A stretch of 64,000 nt of DNA, from contig OZ037768.1 of NCBI GenBank assembly GCA_964035545.1, positions 22,849,319 to 22,913,318 on the forward strand. The letters are read 5' to 3'. Below, piece after piece: positions 13,201-25,200 of this stretch; within the stretch, counting starts at the first letter, position 1, and every line of letters starts with the position of its first letter. The position numbers and the translations under genes were made by a program. Source of the DNA: Bugula neritina. Taxonomy: Eukaryota; Animalia; Bryozoa. Below the pieces are notes generated by a model that searched no databases, had not been told where the DNA came from, and was given only the letters and a program-made list of their open reading frames with translations.

Positions 13201-16200
13201 TTATTCAAACAAATATGTTAGTTACATTTTAGTTGGGAATAATATACACACAATAACTGTGACATTGTTAACGTTTCAGTATATCACCCATGAGACCTTC
13301 ACCCCTTGCCTTATGGGATTGTGCAAAGCATTATGGGGTGTATTAGTCAATTACCATAAAACTAGAGCTTGGCATGAAACTAACGATGGGCTGTCATTGT
13401 CTAACTCAGAAGGTGCTTTAAACGATGCAGGTGAGCTTGAGATGGAGTTATTTGTAGTAGTAGTAGTAGTATTACTAGTAGTAGTAGTAGTAGTAGTACT
13501 AGCAGTAGTAGTAGTAGTGAAAGTAGTAGTAGTAGTGAAAGTAGTAGTAGTAGCAGCAGTAGTAGTAGTAGTAGCAGTAGTAGCAGCAGCAGTAATAGTA
13601 GTAGCAGCAGTAGTAGTAGTAGCAGCAGTAGTAGTAGTAGCAGCAGTAGTAGTAGTAGCAGCAGTAGTAGTAGTAATATAATTTTCCAGAATAAAATTTA
13701 CAGCATTTAAGCTATCATGTGTATACAAAGCAAATCTACTTTTAACAACGTCTTTAAGCATGTATAATAAATCATTACAAAATAGCTGTACATACATCCT
13801 GAATTGTGTAGCAACTGACATTCTATTGGCCGAATGTTGTAGATTCATCTGCAGATGACAATTTCAACAGGAAGTATGTAGCTCAGAAGTTAGAACATGG
13901 CCGGGTTCGTCTCTGGCAGGAAATACAACTCAAGATCCGTACCTTCCTTCTAGCTATTGATTTGTCCAACTTTAAGTTCAATGAATTCACTCAAATACTA
14001 AATCTTGTCAATAGGTAGGAATTGTTTTCCCCTGTTAGACGTTACAACCTGCTTGTATCGGTTTGTGTTTGTGTCTGGTTGCAAGATATGCTTTAACTAC
14101 TAGCCAACTTGGCAACAGGTTTTCGAGTTTATTAACTGTCAAATCTTACCCTATAAAATGGGAAACATTAGAAATTGTATAAATAAGTAGTCACAATATA
14201 AATCAAAATTCAGAGGAACACTATGAATATTACAGAACCAAAAAATTGACATGAACTATTGTAATTCTAATAAACTTACAATATTGATGCGTGGATAAAA
14301 ATCTTAGCCATCACAATACCGAAACCGATAGTTTGTCCATACAAAGTGTGTAAATATGGCGGTTTGATCATGATACACTGACTCATGCAGTACAGTGAAT
14401 GAACTAGCTCCGCCAGCTAATAGTAGCTTTGGTGAAAGCTTTTGAAGCTTGAAAGCTTTAATGATTGGCTGCCTGCCAATACTTCTGGGTGGCATACCAA
14501 TACATCGGTGGGGTCGAATTGTTTGGCAGATACTATTCTGACAAATATTGATAAATTATGTAAATCAAAACAAACAAAACAAACAAAACAAAATAGGATC
14601 AGTCACAGACCATGAAATTCTTGCACCAATCCGCTGACCCCTCCGCGCACCAGCCCGTCCCCCGAAAAACGGTTAAATGCAAACCCCTCCAGCGACACGA
14701 GCGTACACGCGGCCAAGAAGGTAGATCAGTCATTTATGGGTTCACTTCAGTTAATAAAGCCAACCTATGCACGCTGCGGGTTATGATAGTGTCTTTACAG
14801 CCTACATAGTCCCTCAGTTTCCCTGCTACCTTATAGTTTTTGTAGGAAAGGGCTACTTTCCTTACTACGCCATCTTTGCTCGGATATACTTGATGTACTC
14901 GAGCTAGTTTATACTGATTACGCAGCTGATTTGGATCCATAACAACTACAACATCTCCCACCTGAAAGTTTCGTCTTGGGGTATGCCACTTTTGGTGATG
15001 AATCAGTGTGGGTGCATACAATTCGGTCCACTTCCGCCAGAAGTCATCTGAGACTGTATTTACCAGAGCCAGTCGCCCCCTTAAGGAGTAGTCTGTATTC
15101 CAGTTGCCAGGATTCTTGATGAAGGGTCGTCCAATAAGTTGACAGTTAGGTGTTAATATGTTGATCTCAGAGTCTGAATCTGGCAGTAATCCCAATGGCC
15201 TTTCATTTAGTGTGTTTGCAGCTTCAGTGCAGATTGTGAGAAATTCTGTAGGTGAAAGCCGGCGGTTGCTCATTGAAAATGTGAAACATCTCTTGACAGC
15301 CTTTATGAGTGATTCAGCAGCGCCCTGATACCAGGGGCTGTCACCAGGTCCAAATTCCCATTGCAACCCATTTTCTGCACTGGTTTTCTTGATAGAATCT
15401 TTGTCCATGCGTCTCCACATATCTTTGAGTTCTTTTTCTGCTCCAGCTAACTGTGTTCCAGGATCAGAATAAATCTTGGATGGCCAGCCACGAATGTTGA
15501 CGAATCGAGTTAATGCCAACAGGAAAGAATCACTGTCATATCCGAAAACTGCTTCGATGTGTGCTGCTCGTGAACTGATGTCTGTGAATATTACTCCATA
15601 AGCTTTGCTCAAAGTTCTAGTCTGTTTTTCTCCTCTCACAATATACGGACCAAAAAGATCTATCATTACATTGTTGAACGGCGGTTCGGTCGTTAGTCGT
15701 TCTGTAGGTACACTTCCCATCAGTTGATCAGTGAAGCGAGGTTGTTTGAGTCGACACATTTGGCATGATGTTACTATGCCTCTAGCAACCTTGGATCCCT
15801 GCATAGTCCAAAACTCTTTTCGGAATCTTGCGAGTGTTGCATCTCGGCCACGGTGATAGCTGTCTGTATGTGCCTGCCGCATTGCCCAGTAGGTAAAGTA
15901 GTGAGTGGTGGGAAGGATTGATTGCATGTGCGTTTTAATCGCTGTCATGGGGTTATGCCTTAGGAGTCTACTGCCTACTATCCATACTCCACTCTCTGTC
16001 TTAATGGGGTGAAGTCTTGTGTATTTCCCTTTAATCTTGTTCAACTCAGAATCTATAGTGCGTTGTACCTGCTTCAGTAAGTAGAGTTTGGTCTGCCGTA
16101 GGTCTGTCACGGTGACGAGATCAGGTTGGATTCCCTTAAAACTTTTGTACTTGAAGATGTTGCAAACTCGAGCTATTGTCCATGTTAGACTCTTGAGGCT

Positions 16201-19200
16201 GCTGAAATTTTCATATTTAATAAATGATTGGACTTCTGTTGATGCAGTGACGGTGTAAACTATTTTCTTCTCTCCAAAGACAAGCTCATTCGAGTCAGAT
16301 GGCGATTTTATATCCCATTGATCCTCAGGCAGATAGAGAAAATTTGAGCCTCTCCACCATTCACTCAAAGGTCCAATGTCATTGACAGGCTTCCCTCGTG
16401 TAAGCCAATCTGCCGTGTTTTCCTTGCCACTTACCCAGTGCCAGCAGCTCATATCCCCATTGGTTGCTCCCTGAATTTCTCCAATGCGTACACCCTCGTA
16501 AACATGAAACTTTGTTGACTTCTTTTGGAGCATCTTGAGCACCGTTTTAGAATCGATAAGCTGATAAACTTTCTCAAACTCATAGCGCATTTCAGTCTTA
16601 ATAAATTGTCTGCCTCTCTTTGACCATACGACCTCATTGAGTTTTAGTTGAGGAATCTTGAGTTGTTGTTTTATGGGTGCTATACGACATTTAGCTGTAG
16701 CTTTGTTTACCCCTTTAGCAGTCACTTTAGATTCTGCCCTCTCATTGGTCGGAACAGGCGTGGATTGTGTGATAGAGGTACTGCTAGTAAATTCATACTT
16801 TCTTTTAATCTCTATAGACATGGACGTAGAGTCATTGACTTCCAAAGATCTGTTCAACTGTCTAGAACCGATTTGTTCTGCAGACTCAGTGACTGGGTCT
16901 CCCGGGCTCTGTAACGGATCCGAGTCATTAGCTGACTCAATCATACAACATTCAGTGGCGATAGTATGTGATTCACCACAATCTATAATATGCTGAGATC
17001 TTGGAAATGACTTTGGAAACTGACTGGGAGATGCGTCGGGACTATTGACACTGCAGGCCGGCGTAGAAACTGTAGACAAGTCCAAATCACAACTGTTGAG
17101 CGTGTCGTTGTGAATGCTTTGAGCAAATTCGACTTCCTCTAACTTCTTATGCATCATGGTAGCCTGTACGTGGAAAGATGAAGATGGAAGTGTAGAAAAG
17201 TTGCTAAGGGCAGGGTGTGATCCCTGCACACACAGTCCAAAGGGTCCGGAATATACATAGAGGTGCGGTCCTGCTTGATCAACTTGGTGTTTTGGATGCA
17301 ATCCAAGAAGATCGTTACCAATTAGCAGGTCGATAGGTCCCGTCTTCTTCAATAGCTTACTAGTGTCTACTTTTGGGAACAGAGATCCGAGGATGTTTGC
17401 ATCAAGTGGCCTGTTGATAGCCCCTGTGAGCTTCCGAAGGCTGTAAGCTAAAATCGCAAAGGTCCTTCCCTTTGGAGTTTGTAACTTTACTTCGTAAATA
17501 GTAGAAGTTTCGCTAACTTCATGTTCACCAAGTGTGCTCATTTCCAAATTCACCTTATCTATTTGTCGCGCACCCCACGCTTTAGCAGCTCTCTCCGATA
17601 TGAATGAAGCATTGGATCCGCCATCAAAGAATACAATAGCTGTATGAGATGTACCCACTACTTGAGCCTGCTGAATGCCAAATACTGTAGTATTTCCTGG
17701 ATGATTGTGCGCTCCATGATTGGGAGACACACGGACCGTGGTGCTAACAGCAGACGCTTCAGAATTCTCATTACTCTTGTGCTTAATTTGATCAGCTTTT
17801 GCTTTATTCTTGTTGGTATTACAATTGGTATGTGTATTAGTTTCAGCTGATTTGATACACAATAATACATAGTGGGTTGTTTTATCACAGACTGGACAAG
17901 GGGTTCGGAAATTTGGACAGCGCTTAGGCTCATGGGCACCCAAGCACCTAACACATAGAGAATTAGTTTTTATTAACTTGTATCTTTCATCTACAGACAA
18001 CGCCAAGAAATTTCTGCACTCAACAAGACAATGACGCTCACTGCGATGAATAAAACAGTAATTCTCACTATCAATAATTTTGCTATTATTAGTAGACCTG
18101 TTACTACTAGACTTTGGGCCACTGCTTTCAGTATGGAACGCTTTCACCTTCTGTTTATGCATACTGGAGGACTGCGGGTTTACAGTTTCTATGCGTCTGA
18201 GGGCTATCTGCCGTTCCTGCTCTAGAAACCTCATGAGGTGTGGGAATGGCTTGATTCTCTCCTCGTGAGTAAGTGAGTGAAAGTGTCTATCCCAGTCCCG
18301 TCTAATGCTTATAGGTAATAGGTTTGCAAGAGTATCGACCTGTGGCAGCGTAACAGCTTGCAAAAGTCCCACTTCACCGAGTTGGCTGTACGAACTTTCC
18401 ACTGCGTTGGCCATTTTGACGAGTTCTCGTGCATCTCCTTCCTTTACTGGCTTTAGTTCTTGTAGATTGTTGAAGACTGCTTGCACACTCATGCTAGGAT
18501 CATTGTAGACCTCTTCTAATCTACACATCATTCTCTCGTAAGCTTGAGGTTGAGTTGCGAAGATTGGCTGAACCATCTCCAGAGCTTCGCCTGTGAGAAA
18601 TTTTTTTAATTCACAAGCCCTATCGACATCATCGTAAAACATAGTGGCATACCTTAGCCATACTGACCTAAATTCCGGCCAATGGTATCTGGTGCCGTTA
18701 AATGGCTTGGGTTGTGAATGAGTTTTATGTATAGATGAATTGAAGTTATTTCCACCTGTATGTCTAGAGTCATAACTTATTTGACTAGTTCCATTAGGAT
18801 AGCTATCATATGCATTGACAACCGAGGAAGTTGCGCCGCGAATCAAGGATTCCGAATGAGCTGCACGATCAGGACTACCATGTAGATCACGTACTGAGAA
18901 CGTAGAAAAACGAACATCTCTGACATTGGTACTTGCTATGACACCTGGATTTGATGCCAAAGCTTCACCGGATGTGTGATCTTCCCATAGTACCTGCCTA
19001 TCACTACCACTTGCTGTGATACCTGGATTTGGTGCAAGAGTAGCCTCATGTGTGCTAGGGTGTGATCTAGGAGAAAACAACTGACCCGACGCGACCATAG
19101 TCGATGCATGACCCGCGCCGCTCGAAGGTGACCCCCCACCCATACCGCTCTCCGCGAGACCGGACTGGACCACGGACGGATCAGATTCACGGTGTTCGAA

Positions 19201-22200
19201 ATTCATGCTCTGTGACTGAGCCCTTGACATAAGAGCAAACTTAGACATACAATAATCTAAAGATAAAATAACTTCGTCTAGTTCTAATAATAAATCAGAA
19301 AAACCTATGGTATCTGCCAAACTTTCTGAAAGAGCTACACATTTCCTATGATGTTCAGTGATAAGAGTATTGTCAGTACAATCAGCAACTAATCCATTGG
19401 CTTTCTTAATTGCTAAAATAAGGCTGTGCTTGATTTTATAGAATTTGCTATGCCAAGTATTACAGTCAGAAATAGCTTTGTCATAACTAGCCTTTACAGC
19501 TTGATAGTACTCTACTGGACTCATCTTATTAACATAAGCAATGTCTTCCATAGACTCATCTGATGAAACGTATTCCAAAAAGTCATAATGGATAGTTAGA
19601 AAATCTTGATATGTAGATTCAAGCTGAGATCGCAGGCATTCCACTTGTGTAGAGTTGCTACTAGAGATTGCTGATTCTATGAGATTAGTTAGCATTGTTA
19701 CCTTAGACCTCAGAGTAGTACGTTGCTTCTTGAGTATAACTATGTCCTGCCGGTCCATGTCAGCCTCAACAATATTGGTACTGTATCGGTTTGTGTTTGT
19801 GTCTGGTTGCAAGATATGCTTTAACTACTAGCCAACTTGGCAACAGGTTTTCGAGTTTATTAACTGTCAAATCTTACCCTATAAAATGGGAAACATTAGA
19901 AATTGTATAAATAAGTAGTCACAATATAAATCAAAATTCAGAGGAACACTATGAATATTACAGAACCAAAAAATTGACATGAACTATTGTAATTCTAATA
20001 AACTTACAATATTGATGCGTGGATAAAAATCTTAGCCATCACAATACCGAAACCGATAGTTTGTCCATACAAAGTGTGTAAATATGGCGGTTTGATCATG
20101 ATACACTGACTCATGCAGTACAGTGAATGAACTAGCTCCGCCAGCTAATAGTAGCTTTGGTGAAAGCTTTTGAAGCTTGAAAGCTTTAATGATTGGCTGC
20201 CTGCCAATACTTCTGGGTGGCATACCAATACACTGCTCAAACAAGGTTTATTGGGAGTTTTCTTCTTTCTTAGGAATAATTGCTAATATAATGTGATGCC
20301 ACTATAAACAGAAACATTTTCAGCAGTCATAGCCTAGGGTCTAGAGCACTGACCTAGTAAACACAAGGTCAGTGGTTCAATCCCCAGTGAACGCCATTGG
20401 TGATGTTAGGAAGAGCATTCAGTTATAGTTGTTCCTGTGTCACATATGAATACGTCCTTGACCAGCTTATAAAAAACCTTTTCATTAAGGGTTTCTCACA
20501 GGAATAGTGAATATAAGCCCATGTGAGTTTTTTATGCTAGTATTGGGCATGAATCAAATAAATGAGTAGATTTTATATCATTTCATTATTGAAAATTTAG
20601 TTTTGCATCGAACTTCTGCACGTATTTATCCCAGGGTGCACTTCTCTAATAAGTTGGTGTCTTGGCTATTTTTTCTGGCCAAGTTTCGAGTGTCTAAAGC
20701 CAGGTTTGTCCATTTCTTCAGATTAATCTCAGTCGGTGAAGAATTTTCCAACTCCAAATCTGAACAGCTACAAGAGGCAATCCACAAGCAAACGCAGAAT
20801 TATTTCCACAGATATCACTCTGGCTGTATGGAAGAAGTGAAGATGTTTCTTGAGAATGAGGGCTGGGAGTTGTGTCCTGTTCGGCCCTCGTTTACCATAT
20901 ATCAGCTGCAGGTAACACCTTCATACTGTCAGCTGCAGGTAACACCTTCCAGGTTTAGCAGACGTTGCTAAGGTAGATAAACTCTTTTTCAGGACTTCAG
21001 TTTCATGAGAGGCGTGGGTTCAGCCAATCATCTCACAGTTAAAACTAAACTCTTTGCTGGCTCCGATGCTGCCTTGTCAGCAACTTCGGTCTATGATGTC
21101 AGTGGGGTAGCTGATTCATCCACCACTGGCTACTTCTCCTACGACTCCTCCCCCTTTGACGAGCAGCCGGACGAAGAGGTCCAAGAGGATTTCTTAGCAA
21201 CTAACGGCGTGAGTAGACAGTGACCAGTCAGCGTACGTGTTACGAGTTAGTTAGTGTATTATGAGTTAGTTAGTGTATTATGAGTTAGTTAGTGTGTTAC
21301 GAGTTAGATGGTGTGCTACGAGTTAGTTAGTGTGTTACGAGTTAGATGGTGTGCTTTGGGTCAATCGCATTGCAGGCCAACTTTCTGGTTTATTTGTAGT
21401 CAGCATACGATATACATGCATACTCTCTAGCATATAGCCATGTTCCCAATGTGGACAGGTCTTTGCGTGTAATTTAATTCATAATTTTCTAACCTTCCTT
21501 AATTATTTTATAATATGTGTGGTTATCTTCTCTTGCAGGTTTTATGTTCAGTAGATTATAACTGTAACTATACTTTTGATACTTATACACTGGGTGTTTC
21601 AGTCATTGTGTAATATTTCAGGATGACTTCTCATCAGATAGTGATGCAGACGTGGCCAATGAGCTGAAAGCAGATTATATAGATGAGGGTCTGGATTCGT
21701 CTTCCAGGTACGTCTGCAACTACTCTCTGTTTGATACCGATAGAGTCGGTCACATGATGGTCACATGATGGTCACGTGGTGGTCATGTGTGTATCATGCA
21801 TTGTCAGGTGACAGAAAGTATTGCTGGTATAATAACTGGGTGTGAACTTTATATTTCGGGATGTAGAGTAGTTTATGACGTGGCAAAAGGCAAAGGTTCT
21901 TCATTTTTACTAATATATGTCTTAAACCAAGAAAGTGCAACTCCTAAGAATTGAAATTCGTCTAGATACTTGCCATGACTTAAGTTATGAAGAAGTGCTA
22001 ACTGAGAGTGTCTAGTGATTCGATCTCAGATAGTCGAATATTAAAACTTCTATTATTAAAAGCACAAATTTTGCTCCAAGTCATGAAATATAGAGTTTAA
22101 AGCTAAACCTTGGTCACATGATTTCCTGTGTGTATTTGTAGGTCACATGACTCGTACTACCGTAAGCCAACACTAAATCGGGGGAAAAGTCGGGATAAAG

Positions 22201-25200
22201 ACAAACAACTTCACTCGCCAGTGTTGACCAACTCGTCTCTTACAGTTCTCCGTCAGTTTGGTATGTCGTATGAGTCATTATGAGTAGTTGAAGCTTATTG
22301 TAAGTTGTACTCTATTTTTTATACACATTTCAAGTAAACAGGAGGGTGATTGAATCAGCAGCTGTCAGGGGCAGCTATCTTTGCAGGGGGATTTCATTGA
22401 CTATATTATGATAGATGTTATGGTGTATATTTTTACAGACGTACAGTTTATACAGACGTGTAGTTTATGCAGACGTACAGTTTATGCAGACGTGTATTGT
22501 ATACAGACGTATAGTTTATACAGGCGTATAGTTTATACAGACGTACAGTTTATACAGACGTACAGTTTATACAGACGTATAGTTTATGCAGACGTATAGT
22601 CTATGCAGACGTATAGTCTATGCAGACGTGTAGTTTATGCAGACGTATAGTTTATGCAGACGTACAGTCTATGCAGACGTATAGTCTATGCAGACGTGTA
22701 GTCTATGCAGGAAGTGTTATCTTGTAGGAAAGTATATGCGAATGATGACGTTGCTAGAGCCAATAGCTTTCCAAGTGATTACAAGCATGTCACAGCTGTT
22801 TGACTTCTACTTCTATACTGTGAGTATACCTTGTCTTCCTTCATCACTGCCTTTCTATCACTACTATCATGTATTACAATACATTGCTACTGTCGAGTTT
22901 GTAGCTAGCTTTTGCATATTTTTGGAGTTGTCTGTTTAAATCACTTTTTTTGAGGATATAATTCCCAATTATCCTGATTGTGCTCCTGACTATAGTTTTG
23001 TGTTGTTAATATTTCAGGTTTATAAAAGATTTGCTGTTAACAAAATCGTAAGTATGCTTATAAGATTTATTCATTTTATGTGTTAGAATAAATCATAGAC
23101 TGAGTATATCATATCATAGACTGAGTACATCATAGACTGAGTATATCATAGACTGAGTATATCATATCATAGACTGAGTACATCATAGACTGAGTATATC
23201 ATAGACTGAGTATATCATATCATAGACTGAGTACATGATATCATAGACTGAGTATATCATATCATAGACTGAGGAAGCTACTGAGTTAAAGCCAGGAATT
23301 AGTCTCAAGTTGCAGACGACTCTCAAGAGACTAACAGACGAGCTGCAGAGTAACGGCAGCGCAGTGTTCCATGACGTGACGTCACAAGGCAGCAACGCCA
23401 ACCTGTACCTTCTGTCAGAGAAGATAGTAGCCATGGAGTCCCTGTAAGTGTTTCTAATAATACAGATCAGCGTTATGTTATTAGGATTTTATTGTCTTAT
23501 TATATTGTTGTTGTGTTATTTTGTTACTAATGTTCTATTAATTCTATTATCATCATCACTCTAGAGATGGTATAAGGCCTGGCCGAAATATTTACTTGAA
23601 AAATGCCAATTCAAAATATTCTCTTCATTAAACTTCTAGTCAATGACATTTTCCGTTATTACAATATAAGAATATCTTTTTGATATTCTTATACCAAGTT
23701 TATACGTGTCAAGACCATATTTACTGTATGGTGGAGCTGTCCGCGGGTTTTTTCTGTCATCACGACATCAATTTTTTTGAGAAATTTTTGAGGTTGTTGC
23801 TAAAGTGTTGGATTGAGTCTCATTGTAGACTATTTCAGTCTGACGCTTCTCTCCATTACACTTTATCGAGTTAATAGTAAACCTGGATTCACCCGGTGCT
23901 AAACATCTGTGATTACGAGAAATTCTGAGTTACTTGGTGGTGTTTGCTGTATCAGTGATAAGGTTGGCAGCAGTTATGTCACGCGGTGACAGCAAGGCTT
24001 GGTGCACCATTTTTAGCTGTTACTGTACCACACAGCATCACAGCCGCAAAATGATTTGCATCTGGACAGCACCTGTTTAAATAAAGTTTATTAGTATTTT
24101 TAAAATTAAAATATATTTTACTCATACAATTTGCTCCCATTTCTGCTTTAAATATTGTCCTAATTATATGATAATGAAAATAATAAATTTTAAGATACAT
24201 AAAATTTATAGATTATAATGGGCTATGATGTAAAATATTATATTATATTATATTTTGAAATATTCCAACTGATGACAAGTAGTAAGCAAAGACCTTTTTC
24301 TGTTATACTGAAAGTGAGTCATTTACTCCAAATGATTCAATTATTACTCATCTCAAGTGACCAGATTACTGTTTGAATCAGCATCTGTAACCCCGGCAGC
24401 ATTTGAGACAGCACCTGACCTCGGCAGCCATTATTGTATGAATCTTTTAACTTTAATCAGCTACAGTTTGAGGTGTAATTAGATTTGCGTTGACATTCAT
24501 CTCAAAAAGATAAAATAATACCAAATATGTGACTTAACTAATCTAATTTGGCATCTAAGGCAGTCAAAACAAGTCGTGGGTGTAAAACAGTAAAGCAAGG
24601 TGACACTATAGGCCTAACTTGTGGTCATCCCTATTTAGAATTTTACTCACTCAGTTTTTATAATTTAGTTCTGTTATTAGATTATCTCTGCTAGTAGCTT
24701 TCACTATGGTATGCATATCTTCTCATTGCCGTTTCTTGAAGCAAAGCATTGTTTTCAGAAGCCAATAAGAAATTGTTTTAAATATTCTTTCATTTGTAAA
24801 GGATTTTTTAACCTAGCCTTTCAAATCTAGAAATATATTGAATCTATAAATAAATTCTAGGATGGAGAAAAGCTAACATATGCCATGAATGTATGCAAAA
24901 AGTATTTTATCTACATCGTAGAATATATCCAACAGAATACTGCGTGGTTTGGAGTCAGTAAACTTTCTAATGGAACAGAAAGTTTAACTTTAAAATTTCT
25001 AAGCTTCAGATTATGATTTTTCTAGTAACCATGTATTTGTGTGCTAGCCTTAAGTTATCAATAATTGGCACCCTTCCTACCAGCCTGTGTATATTTTGCA
25101 GGGTTTACCTGGCTAAACAGTTTGAGAACCTGCAGCCAAATCTAGAGAAAATCATTCCATCGAGTAAGAGAGCTTTTCTGCAGCAGTTTTACTCTCAGGT

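Larger units (their letters stand above)
14054..20232 (-). mobile_element. Bel/Pao LTR retrotransposon, 6179 bp, RT-less (non-autonomous), antisense in VPS50 intron 10
   Basis: Two 451-bp direct repeats (14054-14504, 19782-20232) with TG...CA ends and short inverted termini (TGTATCGGT / ACCAATACA). 5-bp TSD CTGCT at 14049-14053 and 20233-20237. Internal ORF has Bel/Pao hallmarks. Confidence 0.96.

Noticed and set aside
13351-13848. 165-aa Thr-rich 'mucin-like' minus ORF and the overlapping poly-Val plus ORF
   Set aside because: Translation of a (GTA)n intronic microsatellite, antisense to VPS50 exon 9.
14304-14495. 63-70-aa ORF present in both LTRs (also 20032-20244)
   Set aside because: Duplicated only because it lies in the LTR; no recognisable motif.
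16449-17954. Alternative-frame ORFs inside the retrotransposon as a hidden or frameshifted RT or env
   Set aside because: All are short, lack RT motifs (no YxDD), and are shadows of the long ORF.
23870-24430. Possible Helitron- or other transposon-derived fragments (also about 6050-6200, 27930-28000, 58200-58270)
   Set aside because: Only suggestive motifs; no definable termini, TSD or second copy in the window.
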